Shown here piece by piece: positions 1 through 12,975 of a DNA stretch of 64,000 nucleotides (its first letter is position 1; each line of letters begins with the position of its first letter). Both the position numbers and the translations under genes were made by a program. Source of the DNA: Mobula hypostoma (Eukaryota); contig NC_086097.1 in the NCBI RefSeq assembly GCF_963921235.1, forward strand, positions 238,268,001 through 238,332,000. The letters are read 5' to 3'. Under the pieces are notes generated by a model. The model searched no databases. It was not told where the DNA came from and was given only the letters and a program-made list of their open reading frames with translations.

Positions 1-937
1 ATTTTCTGTTTAAACTTTCACCCTTAACCCATGACCTCTAGTTGTAGGTCATATATCTAGACGCGCTCTCTCTCTGTGAAGGTGAATGCAAGTTGTAAAT
101 AACATTGAAACTATCACCTCGGTATGTAAATTTTTCAGATTAGGAATTATGCAACGCTTAGTATTGAGTAAATCAGTAAAGTCAATAAATAACAAACTAT
201 CATGAACTAACATAGTCTTCATCAAACGTTTTACAGAGTATAAGAAAAATTAAATAAACATGTCATCTCACCAGCCCACTCTAGATTTGCCAGGCTCTCA
301 GTCAAAGTCAGAATTATTATCACTGACTTGCAAGATGTACAAAATTAAACACAAGAGGTTCTGTAAATATTAGAATCCTTGAGCATGTCCAAGTACAAGT
401 ACAAGATGGCATGAGTTATAGAACTATAAATTCATGAAGATTTCATCCTCTGCTTTTATCCCCCATTTGGGTGCAGAGCTGAAAGTTGGGGTGAAGGGCT
501 TCTTGTGCCCATCAGATGTGGATCAGCGAGCTTTTCAATTGTGTGGTCGTCAAGAATAAACCTCTTATCAAATGTCATCAAATGCACATACTGTAATATA
601 GAAGAAATTACAGATGGTACTCAGACATTAGAATCTTGCATGATTTTTCTCCCTTCCTAGCCTGGTGGTAGTGACCATCTTTCTGCTGTACAGTACTCCA
701 CAACATACACCAAATGAATATGTACATAATGTTAAGCTTCAAACTAGCAATCCACCTTTAGGTACATAAATTTACCATTGTTAAAGTAAACCAGTTGCTG
801 GCTCCTTATCCAGCATGGATAACTTCACTCACCTCAACTTTGAACTGATTCCACAACCTGTGTACTCACTTTGAAGGATTCTACAACTCGTGTTCTCAAT
901 ATTATTTATCGTAAGAGAAAAGTTGAAGATGTTGGAA

Positions 938-1037
938 ATTCCAATGAAGGGTCTTGACCTGAAAAGTTGCCCGTTTACTCTTTTCCACAGATGCTTCCTG
1001 GCCTGCTGAGTTCCTCCAGCATTTTGTGTGCATTGCA
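938..1037 (+). mobile_element. Penelope-like element terminal repeat fragment, decayed hammerhead motif
   Basis: CCAATGAAGGGTCTTGACCTGAAA...GATGCTTCCTGGCCTGCTGAGTTCCTCCAGCATTTTGTGTG matches the repeat at 10211, 25541 and 55653. Confidence 0.7.
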
Positions 1038-1263
1038 TTAATTATTATTTATTTTTTAAAAATTTGCACATTTTGACTTCTTCTGCACATTGGTTGTTTG
1101 TCAGTCTTTGTGTGCCATTTTTCATTGATTCTATTGTATTTCTCTGTTCTACTGTGAACAAATCTCAAGGTAGTATATGGTGGAGTTTACCTACTTTAAT
1201 AATGAGCTTACAAATAGTTTAACAATCCAACAAGAATTAGAGATACCTGAAAATATAATGTAA

Positions 1264-1650
1264 AGACCATAAGACATAGGAGTCATTTAGCCCATCGTGT
1301 CTGCACCAGCATTCCATCATTTCATCCCTCTAAACCCTATTCTCCTGATTTCTCTCTGAAACCTTTGGTGCCCTTACTACAAGAACCTATCAACCTCTGC
1401 TTTAAATATACCCAGTGACTTAGCCTCCACAGCCATTGGAAGCAATGATTTCCACAAATTCACTACCCTCTGGCTAAATAAATCATCATCTCTGTCCTTC
1501 TATTCTGACGCTGTGTCCTCTGATCCTAGAGTCCAGCACTATAGGAAACGTTCTCACCACATTCACTCTGTCTACGTTCTTTCAATATATATCGTTTTCA
1601 CTGAGATGACCCCACCCCAGATTCTGGGTACAGGTCCAGAGCCATCAAAT
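1264..1650 (-). mobile_element. CR1 LINE 3' fragment
   Basis: Tail AAGACCATAAGACATAGG and homology to the CR1 3' ends at 4289, 24330, 46463, 50660 and 55805. Confidence 0.75.
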
Positions 1651-2790
1651 ACTGACAGAAATAATCAATCTGGTTGTTTTTTTTTATTTCTGAAGTGTTT
1701 CCTCATGGATCTTTGTCTTTCTATATCTGTACATATTAATGATGGATTTTTTTTCATAATCTTGTAAAGAATACAAGTGTAAAGCAAATTTAGTTAATCT
1801 TGTTAGGCATCTTTAACCACAAGTTACAAATTAAATTATATTACTGGTTTTGTTGGTGCGGTATCTCATCTGCAGGAATGTAACAAAAAGATCAGCCTTC
1901 ACACTTAATTCCTTTAAACCTCTACTTAACAGTTGTAAATATCTTGAGCAAATATTCTTTCTCATTATAAATTTTAATCTGAGTGTAGGAAGACTGATGA
2001 TGGAAAGGAAATAAAAGAAATCCGAGTATTGCTTTGTTGAATAATAACAGATTTGAATTTTCTAATCTCAGTCTGAAAGGTAACGTGTATGAAGAGCATT
2101 GGAACAGCAAACAAAAATTGGCAAATGATAGTGAACACAAAATGCTGACAATATTCAGCAACTCAGACAGTAGCCATGGAGAGGGAAGCAGAATTATTTT
2201 ACAAGTTGCTCATCTTTTGTCAGAATGAGAATTCAAAAAAAACATTATTAACCTGAAACACGAATTTCTTTCTCCATTGATGTTACATGACCTGTTCTTC
2301 CCCTTTGCCATCAGATTTCTGAATGGGCGATGATGAGCGGTGCTTTAGGACATTCAACCCATGAACACTATCTCACTACTTCTTTTATTTCTGTTTTTGC
2401 ACTACTGATTTTAACTTAACTATTTTATTTATATATATTTATAAATATATCTCACATACACAGATTATTTTTGAATATATATTATACACACACTTAATTT
2501 AATTCAGATTTTTTCTATATACTTCTTTATCATATGTTTCATTGTGCTGCAATCATAAAGTTCACAAGTTTCACGACATATGCTAACAATATTATCTGAT
2601 AGAGATAAGGTGCCTAAGAATTTTGCACAGTACTCTAGTTATATTAAGTATTGCACTGTACTGCTATTGCAAAACAAAAGATTCATGGCATATGCATGTT
2701 ATGAAAAACCTGATTCTGAAATGGGTTTCTATTGTTTCTATGCTTCCTGCCAGGTTTACAAACTCAATCTCTGCTACACGTTGACAAGTA

Positions 2791-2857
2791 CAGTACTGTG
2801 CAAAAGTCTAAGACGCCCTAGCTTTATACATGTGCCTAAGACTTTTGCACAGTTCTG
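2791..2857. mobile_element. 67-bp Tc1/mariner-type mini-MITE
   Basis: Inverted termini CAGTACTGTGCAAAAGTCT / AGACTTTTGCACAGTTCTG flanked by TA on both sides; further copies at 49687-50527. Confidence 0.85.
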
Positions 2858-3616
2858 TAGAATGCAGTATTAATATTAGCATATCTTTTTCCAGGAAATG
2901 CTTGTGTGTCCATGCACATTTATTAGCTGAGCAGTTTCACAATTTAATTTCTTCCCTATATCTTCCTGGCTGATCTAAGTATCAGCCAATGAGTGCAGTG
3001 TATTTTCCATACTTCATACTTTTCGTATGTGAGACATGTTTTCCCCTACTAAAAATGCCTGCACCTCAAAACATTTCAAATTCACATAAGACTTTAGGTC
3101 TGGATGAACTTTCTCCGCACTGACAGTTTTGCCAATATCTACACATGCCCCACAGCTGGATTATTCACTTAGTACAGCTTCTTGCAAAGTATTAATGGAA
3201 CATTAGTGCAGGTGTACTGAAACATCTATTCACTTTTCACTGCCGCTAAGAAAATTACTGCCTTATTATTTATATATCTGAAGCCTACAAACTGATGAAA
3301 TTCTGCAGGCACTTCATTAATATGATTCAAAATATATTTTCTCCAATTTTTCATAAATGTAAAGGCTTATGGAGCTTAGAATTATAAGCACGTCAGTAGA
3401 ATGCATTTTAGAAGCCAAATTATAAAATCTATTGGAATTTTATTAAAGAGCTTGATGTTACTTCAATTGTTGTCAAGATATTTTGGACAAAGATAAATGG
3501 ATCAGCACTCCAAAACGCCATCTATTTCAGTCACCCTATAATATTTCAACATTCAAAGTAAATTTACTATCGAAGTATGTATATACTGTATCACCATACA
3601 CTGCTCTAAATCATTT

Positions 3617-4288
3617 GGGGTCATCTGCTGTATCCAGGGCTCCTGATACGGCCTCCTCTGCATTAGTGAGTCCTGATGTAGACTGGTGCACCGATCGCTT
3701 TGTTGAGCACTTTCTCTCATTCTGCAACAAACATGATTTCCCGGTGGTCATTTAAATTCCAAACCTTATTCCCATCCCGATGTATTGGTCTATGGCCTCT
3801 TCTACTGCCACTGAGAGTACTCTCGGGTTGTAGGAACAAGGCATGATATTTTGTCTTGATAGCCTCCAACCTGATGGCATGAACATTGATATCTCTAACT
3901 TCCAGTATTTTTTCACTCCACCCCCCCCCTTCTATTCCCTACTCTGGCTTCTCTCTTAACTCTTCTCTTCTCCTCACCTGCCTATCCCCACCCCCGGTGC
4001 CCCTCATCCTTCCCTTTCTCCCATGGTCCACTCTCCTATCAGATTCCTTCTTCTTCAGGCCTTTACCTTTTCCAATAATTACCTACCAGCTTATCACTAC
4101 ATCCTTCCTCTCCTCCCCACTTGACTTCACCTATCATCTTTGAGCTTGTCTTCCTTCCCTACCCACATCTTCTTATTCTGTCATTTCCCCCATCTTTTCC
4201 AGTCCTGCTGAAAGGTCTGGGCTTGTAAGGTCGACTGTCTATTCCCTTCCATCAATGCTGCCTGACCTACCGAGTTCCTCCAGCATTT
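3617..4288 (+). mobile_element. Penelope-like element 3' fragment: decayed GIY-YIG endonuclease plus terminal repeat
   Basis: Frame-broken translation GVICCI...LLCISE...DRFVEHFLS...DFPVV...IFCLDSLQPDGMNIDISNF, then a pyrimidine-rich tract and a degenerate hammerhead CAGTCCTGCTGAAAGG...GTCGACTG. Confidence 0.85.
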
Positions 4289-4700
4289 TAAGACCACAAA
4301 ACCGAGGAGAAGAATTAGACCATTCGGCCCATCAAGTCTGCTCCGCCATTGCATCATAGCTGATTTACTATCCCTCTCAACCTCACTTTCCTGCCTTCTC
4401 CCCAGAAGCTTTGACAACATGATTAATCAAAAACTTACCAACCTCCACCTTAAGTATACCTAATGTCTTGTGGCCTGCACAGCTATCTGGAGTAAAGAGT
4501 TTCAGAAATTCACCACTTACTGGCTGGATAAATTTTCCGTCATTTCTGTTCTAAATGGACCTCCCTCAATGCTGAGGCTGAGACCTCTGGTCCTTGACTC
4601 CCCCACTATAGGAAACATCCACTCCACATTCACTCTATCTGGACCTTGCAAAATTCCATAGGTTTCAATGAGATCCCCTCAATTCTTCCAAGCTCCAGTA
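4289..4700 (-). mobile_element. CR1 LINE 3' fragment
   Basis: Homologous to other CR1 3' ends in the window. Confidence 0.75.
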
Positions 4701-4870
4701 TGTGTTACCACACTGACATTTATTTTCTTGCAGGCAAACACAGTAGAAAAAAGACATACAATATTTCTTTGAAAAACTACACACAAAGACTGACAAACAA
4801 TGTACTGGTGAGCTGCTGTCAGCGCTCTGTGGGGTGATGGGCTTAAGAAGATGATCTGAAATAGTATAAA

Positions 4871-6459
4871 ACATAGAACCATAGAAAACCAACAGCACAA
4901 TACAGGCCCTTTGGCCAACAAAGCTGTGCCGAACATGTCCTTATCTTAGAACTACCTCAGCTTATCCACAGCCCTCTATTTTTCTAAGCTCCATGTACCT
5001 ATCCAAGAGCCTCTTAAAAGATCCTATCATTTCCGCCTCCACCACTGCGGCTGGCAGCCCATTCCACGCACTCAACCACTCTCTGCGTAAAAAATTTACC
5101 CCTGACATCTCCTCTGCAACTACTTCCAAGCACTTTAAAACTATGCCCTCTCATGCTAGCCATTTCAACCCTGGGAAAAAGCCTTTGACTATCCACACAA
5201 ACAATGCCTCTCATTATCTTGTACACCTCTATCAGGTCACCTCTCATCCTCCGTCACTCCAATGTGTAAAGGCCAAGTTCACTCAACCTATTCTCATAAG
5301 GCATGCTCCCCAATCCAGGCAACATCCTTGTAAATCTCCTGTGCACCCTTTCTATGGTTTCCACGTTCTTCCTGTAGTGAGGTGACCAGAATTGAGTGCA
5401 GTACTCCAAGTGGGGTCTGACCAGGATCCAAAATAGCTGCAACATTACCTCTCGGCTCTTAAACTCAATCCCAAGGTTGATGAAGGTCAATACATCGTAT
5501 GCTTTCTTAACCACAGACTCAACCTGAGTAGTAGCTTTGAGTGTCCTATGGACTCAGGCTCCAAGATCCCTCTGATCCTCCACACCGTCAAGAGTCTTAC
5601 CATTAATGCTATGTTCTGCCATCATATTTGACCCACCAAAATGAACCACCTCACACTTATTTGGGTTGAACTCCATCTGCCACTTCTCAGCCCAGTTTTG
5701 CATCTTATCGATGTCCCACTGTAACCTCTGACTGCCCTCCATAGTATCCACAACACCCCAACCTTAGTGTCATCAGCAAATTTACTAACCCCTCCCTCCA
5801 CTTCCTCATCCAGGTCATGTATAAAAATCACGAAGAGTAAGGGTCCCAGAACAAATCCCTGAGGCACTCCACTGGTGACCGACCTCCATGCAGATTATGT
5901 CCCATCTACAACCACTCTGCCTTCTGTGGGCAAGCCAGTTCTGGATCCACATAACAATGTCCCCTTGGATCCCATGCCTCCTTACTTTCTCAATAAGCCT
6001 TGCACGGGGTTCCTTATCAAATGCCTTGCTGAAATCCATATACACTACATCTACGGCTCTACCTTCATCAATGTGTTTAGTTACATCCTCAAAGAATTCG
6101 ATCAGGCTCGTAAGGCATGACCTGCCCTTGGCAAAGCCATGCCAACTATTCCTAATAATATTATGCCTCTCCAAATGTTCATCAATCCTGCCTCTCAGGA
6201 TCTTCCCCATCAACTTACCAACCACTAAAGTAAGACTCACTGGCCTATAATTTCTTGGGCTATCTCTACTCCCTTTCTTGAATAAGGGAACGACATCCGC
6301 AACCCTACAATCCTCCGGAAACTCTCCCGTCCCCATTGATGATGCCAAGATCATCGCCAGAGGCTCAGCCATCTCCCCTCTCACTTCCCATAGTAGCCTG
6401 GTCTGGTCCCAGTGACTTATCAAACTTGATGCTTTGCAAAATCTCCAGCACATCCACAT
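4871..6459 (-). mobile_element. CR1 LINE, 5'-truncated, frameshifted RT region
   Basis: ORF pieces [47 protein letters not shown]-type tail at ~4871-4886. Confidence 0.95.
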
Positions 6460-6517
6460 GTAACAAAAGCAACATTGCTTTTTTGATCAAAACTTAAATA
6501 AACTACAAATGGCTGAG

Positions 6518-6682
6518 CTGAGGAGTTGGTGCAGGGAGCAGGGTTTTAGATTTTTAGATCATTGGGATCTCTTCTGGGAAAGGTGGGACCTGTACAGATT
6601 GGATGGGTTGCACCTGCACTCGAGGGGGAGCAATATCCTTGCAGGTAGGTTTGCTAGCATGGTTCGGGAGGGTTTAAACTAA
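6518..6682 (+). pseudogene. CR1 ORF1 C-terminus (SGNH/GDSL esterase-like domain)
   Basis: Manual translation LRSWCREQGFRFLDHWDLFWERWDLYRLDGLHLHSRGSNILAGRFASMVREGLN*; DGLH is the SGNH block V DxxH motif. Confidence 0.9.
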
Positions 6683-9609
6683 TTTGCGAGGGGGATGGGA
6701 CCCAGAGAGATAGAGTAGTGAAAGAAGTGCATGGAGTAAAGCCAGATCTAACATACAGAGAGGCTTTGAGGAAAGAGAAGCAGAATAAACGGTGTAAAGA
6801 CAGTAAGGTAGAAGGGCTGAAATGTATGTACCTCAATACAAGAAGCATCAGGAACAAAGGTGATGAACTGAGAGCTTGGATACATACATGGAATTATGAT
6901 GTAGTGGCCATTACAGAGACCTGGCTGGCACCAGGGCAGGAATGGATTCTCAATATTCCTGGATTTCAGTGCTTTAAAAGGGATAGAGAGGGTGGAAAAA
7001 GGGGAGGACGGGTGGCATTACTGGTCAGGGATACTATTACAGCTACAGAAAGGGTGGACAATGTAGCAGGATCCTCTTTTGAATCAATATGGGTGGAAGT
7101 CAGGAACAGGAAGGGAGCAGTTACTCTATTGGGAGTATTCTATAGGCCCCCTGGTAGCAGCAGAGATACAGAGGAGCAGATTGGGAGGCAGATTTTGGAA
7201 AGGTGCAAAAATAACAGGGCTGTTATCATGGGTGACTTTAACTTCCCTAATATTGATTGGCACCTGATTAGTTCCAAGGGTTTAGATGGGGCAGAATTTG
7301 TTAAGTGTGTCCAGGACAGATTCCTGTCACAGTATGTGGACAGGCTGACCAGGGGGAATACCATACTAGATCTAGTACTAGGTAATGAACCGGGTCAGGT
7401 CAGAGATCTCTCAGTGGGTGAGCATCTGGGGGACAGTGACCACCGCTCCCTGGCCTTTAGCATTATCATGGAAAAGGATAGAATCAGAGAGGACAGGAAA
7501 AATTTTAATTGTGGAGGGGCAAGTAATGAGGCTATAAGGCTAGAACTTGTGGGTGTGAATTGGGATGATGTTTTTGCAGGGAAATGTACTATGGACATGT
7601 GGTCGATGTTTAGAGATCTCTTGCAGGATGTTAGGGATAAATTTGTCCCGGTGAGGAAGATAAAGAATGGTAGGGTGAAGGAACCATGGGTGACAAGTGA
7701 GGTGGAAAATCTAGTCAGGTGGAAGAAGGCAGCATACATGAGGTTTAGGAAGCAAGGATCAGATGGGTCTATTGAGGAATATAGGGAAGCAAGAAAGGAG
7801 CTTAAGAAGGGGCTGAGAAGAGCAAGAAGGGGGCATGAGAAGGCCATGGCGAGTAGGGTAAAGGAAAACCCCAAGGCATTCTTCAATTATGTGAAGAAAA
7901 AAAGGATGACAGGAGTGAAGGTAGGACCGATTAGAGATAAAGGTGGGAAGATGTGCCTGGAGGCTCTGGAAGTGAGCGTGGTCCTCAATGAATACTTCTC
8001 TTCGGTATTCACCAATGAGAGAGAACTTGATGATGGTGAGGACAATATTAATAAGGATGATGTTCTGGAGCATGTTGATATTAAGGGAGAGGAGGTGTTG
8101 GAGTTGTTAAAATACATTAGGACGGGTTAGTCCCCGGGGCCTGACGGAATATTCCCCAGGCTGCTCCACGAGGCGAGTGAAGAGATTGCTGAGCCTCTGG
8201 CTAGGATCTTTATGTCCTCGTTGTCCACAGGAATGGTACCGGAGGATTGGAGGGAGGCGAATGTTGTCCCCTTGTTCAAAAAAGGTAGTAGGGATAGTCC
8301 GGGTAATTATAGAACAGTGAGCCTTATGCCTGTGGTGGGAAAGCTGTTGGAAAAGATTCTTAGAGATAGGATCTCCGGGCATTTAGAGAATCATGGTCTG
8401 ATCAGGGACAGTCAGCATGGCTTTGTGAAGAGCAGATCGTGTCTAACAAGCCTGATAGAGTTCTTTGAGGAGGTGACCAGGCATATAGAGGAGGGTAGTG
8501 CAGTGGATGTGATCTATATGGATTTTAGTAAGGCATTTGATAAGGTTCCACACGGTAGGCTTATTCAGAAAGTTAGAAGGCATGGGATCCAGGGAAGTTT
8601 GGCCAGGTGGATTCAGAATTGGCTTGCCTGCAGAAGGCAGAGGGTGGTGGTGGAGGGAGTACATTCAGATTGGAGGATTGTGACTAGTGGTGTCCCACAA
8701 GGATCTGTTCTGGGACCTCTACTTTTTGTGATTTTTATTAATGACCTGGATGTGGGGGTAGAAGGGTGGGTTGGGAAGTTTGCAGACGACACAAAGGTTG
8801 GTGGTGTTGTAGATAGTGTAGAGGATTGTCAAAGATTGCAGAGAGACATTGATAGGATGCAGGAGTGGGCTGAGAAGTGGTAGCTGGAGTTCAACCCGGA
8901 GAAGTGTGAGTTGGTACACTTTGGAAGGACAAACTCCAAGGCAGAGTACAAAGTAAATGGCAGGATACTTGGTAGTGTGGAGGAGTAGAGGGATCTCGGG
9001 GTACATGTCCACAGATCCCTGAAAGTTGCCTCACAGGTGGATAGGGTAGTTAAGAAAGCTTATGGGGTGTTAGCTTTCATAAGTCGAGGGACAGAGTTTA
9101 AGAGTCGCGATGTAATGATGCAGCTCTATAAAATTCTGGTTAGGTCACACTTGGAGTACTGTGTCCAGTTCTGGTCACCTCACTATAGAAAGGATGTGGA
9201 AGCATTGGGAAGGGTGCAGAGGAGATTTACGAGGATGCTGCCTGGTTTAGAGAGTATGGATTATGATCAGAGATTAAGGGAGCTAGGGCTTTACTCTCTG
9301 GAGAGAAGGAGGATGAGAGGAGACATAATAGAGGTGTACAAGACAATAAGAGGAATAGATAGAATGGATAGCCAGTGCCTCTTCCCCAGGGCACCGCTGC
9401 TCAATACAAGAGGACATGGCTTTAAGGTAAGGGGTGGGAAGTTCAAGGGGGATATTAGAGGAAGGTTTTTTACTCAGAGAGTGGTTGGTGCGTGGAATGC
9501 ACTGCCTGAGTCAGTGGTGGAGGCAGATACACTAGTGAAGTTTAAGAGACTACTAGACAGGTATATGGAGGAATTTAAGGTGGGGGCTAATATGGGAGGC
9601 AGGGTTTGA
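6658..9609 (+). pseudogene. CR1 ORF2 (APE endonuclease + reverse transcriptase) with three premature TAG stops
   Basis: ORFs starting at 6718, 8212 and 9037 share one frame; motifs [34 protein letters not shown]; stops at 8128, 8881, 8986. Confidence 0.95.
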
Positions 9610-10132
9610 GGGTCAGCACAATATCGTGGGCCGAAGGCCCTGTACTATGCTGTGCTATTCTATGTCTATGTTCTAAATTGCACCCAATGTTGCTGAATTC
9701 TTCCTATGTCTATTTCCAAATCAACCTAAAATACTTATGCAATGATTGAAGTCAGGATATCCCTGCTTAAGTTTAAAATTCACCTAATTAGACTATCAAA
9801 TACACAGTGTGATTGGGAGACCTTTGTATTTCGAAAGATGAATTTCACCACAAAATTCAAACAAGCATCCAGAAATTTAGAACAGCTTTCAATAAGGATA
9901 ATTCTTTAAGTCATTCAAAAATTGTATTGGAGACAGAAACAGAAAACTTACTTTTTAAGAGAATGAGGTTGAGAGGGATATAGATCAGCCATGATTCAAA
10001 TGGCACAGCAGACTCAGTGGCTGAATGGCCTAATTCTGCTCCTATCTCTTATAGTCTTATTTACTGCTGGACCTTAAATGTTGCTCACAAATTTGTGAAA
10101 CACCCAACAAAACACAGTGGAAAAAAAATGAA

Positions 10133-10352
10133 TAAGCCATGTTCATCAAAGTTGCTGGTGAACGCAGCAGGCCAGGCAGCATCTCCAGGAAGAGGTACAG
10201 TCAGGGTTACCTGATGAAGGGTCTCAGCCCGAAACATCGACTGTACCTCTTCCTAGAGATGCTGCCTGGCCAGTTGCGTTCACCAGCAACTTTGATGTGT
10301 GTTGCTTGAATTTTCCAGCATCTGCAGAATTCCTTGTGTAAGCCATGTTCAT
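10133..10352 (+). mobile_element. Short Penelope-like insertion: inverted plus direct terminal-repeat fragments, 14-bp target duplication
   Basis: TAAGCCATGTTCAT at 10133-10146 and 10339-10352; 59-nt inverted arms 10144-10202 / 10239-10297; CTGATGA...CGAAAC core in the loop. Confidence 0.9.
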
Positions 10353-10874
10353 ACCAGTCAGGTTTGTAGTTGGAAAACATATCAAATTACTTTTGAAAAA
10401 TAGACACAAAGGCCTGAGGAAACTTGGCATTTTATAATGCCTTTGAATTATAAGCTACTTATAGCTAAAATGCTGTGTAATTAATTTATTGCTAAGTAAC
10501 CCACATATAGTATTAATTCATTACTATCTCCATGACCGGAGTTTGGTTACAAATAGACAACCTTGGTCATACAAAGATATCCACAGTTGTTCATTATAAT
10601 TTGACTCAGGTTTTGATAAATCTTATCAATCTGTTTTCTTCTGGGTGCTCTGGTTTCTTCAGAAATTCCAGCGATGTACAGGTTAAGATTAGTAAGTTGA
10701 TGGCTTGCTATTTTGGCGCTGGAAACAAGACAACATATGTGGTTTGCTCTGGTACATCTCAAACTGTGTTGGTTGACACATTACATTGTATGATTCGATA
10801 TTTCAATATATATGAAATAAATAAAGTTAAAGCTAATCTTTAAATAATCAGCTGAAAAAATGAAAAGTAAGCCA

Positions 10875-11180
10875 AGACAAGTTTATTGTCATTTAACTAT
10901 ATACATGTATGCCATCAAATAAGACAATGTTTCGCTGAATCAGGGTGTGAAGCACAGTAGTATACCTAACACACATAAAACAGTAAAAAAGTAAGAATAA
11001 AATCTACAAATGAATAACACATAAATAAACAAAGTAAAGTGCATAAGTTAAATATTGTAGGATACTGAACAAATTAAATGCTGACAATTCATAAGGAGTT
11101 CAGAAGCCTAATGGCTTGAGGGAAGAAACTGCTTCTCATCCTTATGCATAGGAGTCTCCTGCCTAATGGCAAAAATCAGA
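10875..11180 (-). mobile_element. Rex1/Babar-like LINE 3' end
   Basis: CAAGTTTATTGTCATTTAACTAT tail and homology to 44685-45255 and 58950-59772. Confidence 0.6.
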
Positions 11181-11782
11181 CTTAGATCTGCAGAGTTTGC
11201 ATATACTTGAAACAAGAGCTCCTTGGATCAATAGAAGGATCTATTTCCCAATCTACAGATGAAGCTTGACACATTGCTTGTCCTGCATATAATTCTCCTG
11301 TCAGGCAAAATTATTTCTTCCTTGCTGGAACTGTTTAGTTCTCAGAGTTTCTGCTTTGTTCTTTGCTAAAGGATCCCAATTATTAGTCCTTCAAGAGGAG
11401 TAATCCTTCCTTTGCTTTGTCAAAGGTTTGCATTACGTTTACAGCTGAGACACAAAGTTTCCCATTAACTGAGGAGTAGCATCAGCTCCATTACAATATT
11501 TCACACATTCAACTGTTAAATTGTCATGCTTAGAGCTTGCTTTATGTCCACTAGTGCATCAAGCTTTGTACCCCATAAATAAAGCCCCATATATAAAAAA
11601 CTCATTATCTCCAGTCCATTGAAGAGTCCCACCCGAAAAGGCAGCTGACTGCTGAAGTTGACTCCCGTCCAGAGTAAACCAATTGTTTTGTATAACCACA
11701 CTTATTTTGAAAGTTTTCCCTGATCATTGACAACCCAGAAAGGTCTGGGATGTTGGTTGAAGTTGGATAAATATGAAGGTAT

Positions 11783-12342
11783 GTACAACAGCCATTTTGT
11801 GGCCAGATACCTGCTGTACTTGACAAAGTGGCAATGGAGTGTATGTTTGTCATCTTCTGCTGCTGTAGCCCATCCACATCAATGCTGGTGTATTGTGCGC
11901 TCAGAGATGCTCTTCTGCACACCACTGTCGTAACGTCAGGTTATTTGAGTTACTGTCGCCTTTCTGTCAGCTTGGACATTCTAATCTGACCTCATTATTA
12001 TCAAGACATATTCTCCTACAAAACTGCCACACGTTGGATACTTTTTTTGTTTTTGCCACCATTCTTTGTAAACTCTAGCCAGTGTCGTGCATGAAAATCC
12101 CAGATGATCAGCTGTATCTGAGATATTCAAACCACCCCCGTCTGGAACTAACAATTATTCCATGGCCAAAGACACTTTGACCACTTTTTAACCCATTCTG
12201 ATGTTTGGTCTGAACAACAATTGAACCTCTTGACCACGTCTGCATGCTTTTAAGCTTTGATTTGCTATACATTCTTGGTTGATTGGATAGTTGCGTCAAT
12301 GAGCAGGTGTACAGCTGTACCTAATAAAGTGGACACTGGGTG
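11783..12342 (-). mobile_element. Non-autonomous Tc1 derivative, copy 1
   Basis: Terminus GTACCTAATAAAGTGGACACTGGGTG; internal homology to the transposase N-terminus of copy 3. Confidence 0.85.
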
Positions 12343-12975
12343 GAGTTGCTGTGAAGCAAGATGTTGAGACATGCTTTTAACCTCATTCACTTACATACAA
12401 AATAAATCTGACATCCCGGTTTACAGCTGAAAACAGTTTTCTTTCTGACAATAAACATTTGAAAATTAATGTTCTGAATTAGGACCTTAAATTTGAAAAT
12501 TTGAATTGCACTACCCTGTTTGATTCTTCAAAACATTTCCTCAGGATTGACTGCATTAGATCAAAGTCAAAGTCTATGTATTTTCTTAATTTTCAAAGCA
12601 CGTATATTTACCATATACTAAGTTGAGATTCATTTTCTTGCAGGTATTTTTAGGAAATACAGTAGAATTTATGAAAACTTCTACATAAACAAAGATGGGT
12701 AACCAATACTAATGGTACAAATAAAGAAATAAATAATACTGAGAATATGAGTTGTAGAGTTCTTGAAAAAATAAATCATTATTATTCAAAAAATAATAGT
12801 TATTATTAGTTGCACATTGAAGAAACTCAACATAAACAGAAAGAATGGACAACATGGGAAGGGATTAAAGGGATCACTGAGAACTGGCATTGACTTAGTC
12901 CTTGGAATAATCTCCTTCAAAATCAGAAGTAATTTTGAAAATATGAGATCACTTAATCTCTTTGCTTTCCTACTT

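Larger units (their letters stand above)
6518..9675 (+). mobile_element. Young CR1 LINE truncated within ORF1 (ORF1 end, complete ORF2 span, 3' UTR and tail)
   Basis: ORF1 esterase end, APE endonuclease and RT in one frame, GGGCCGAAGGCCC 3' hairpin, TTCTATG-type tail. Confidence 0.97.

Noticed and set aside
4871..9675. Divergent CR1 pair as a single twin-priming inversion
   Set aside because: Each has its own 3' tail, they cover the same RT region and differ in sequence, so two insertions are more likely
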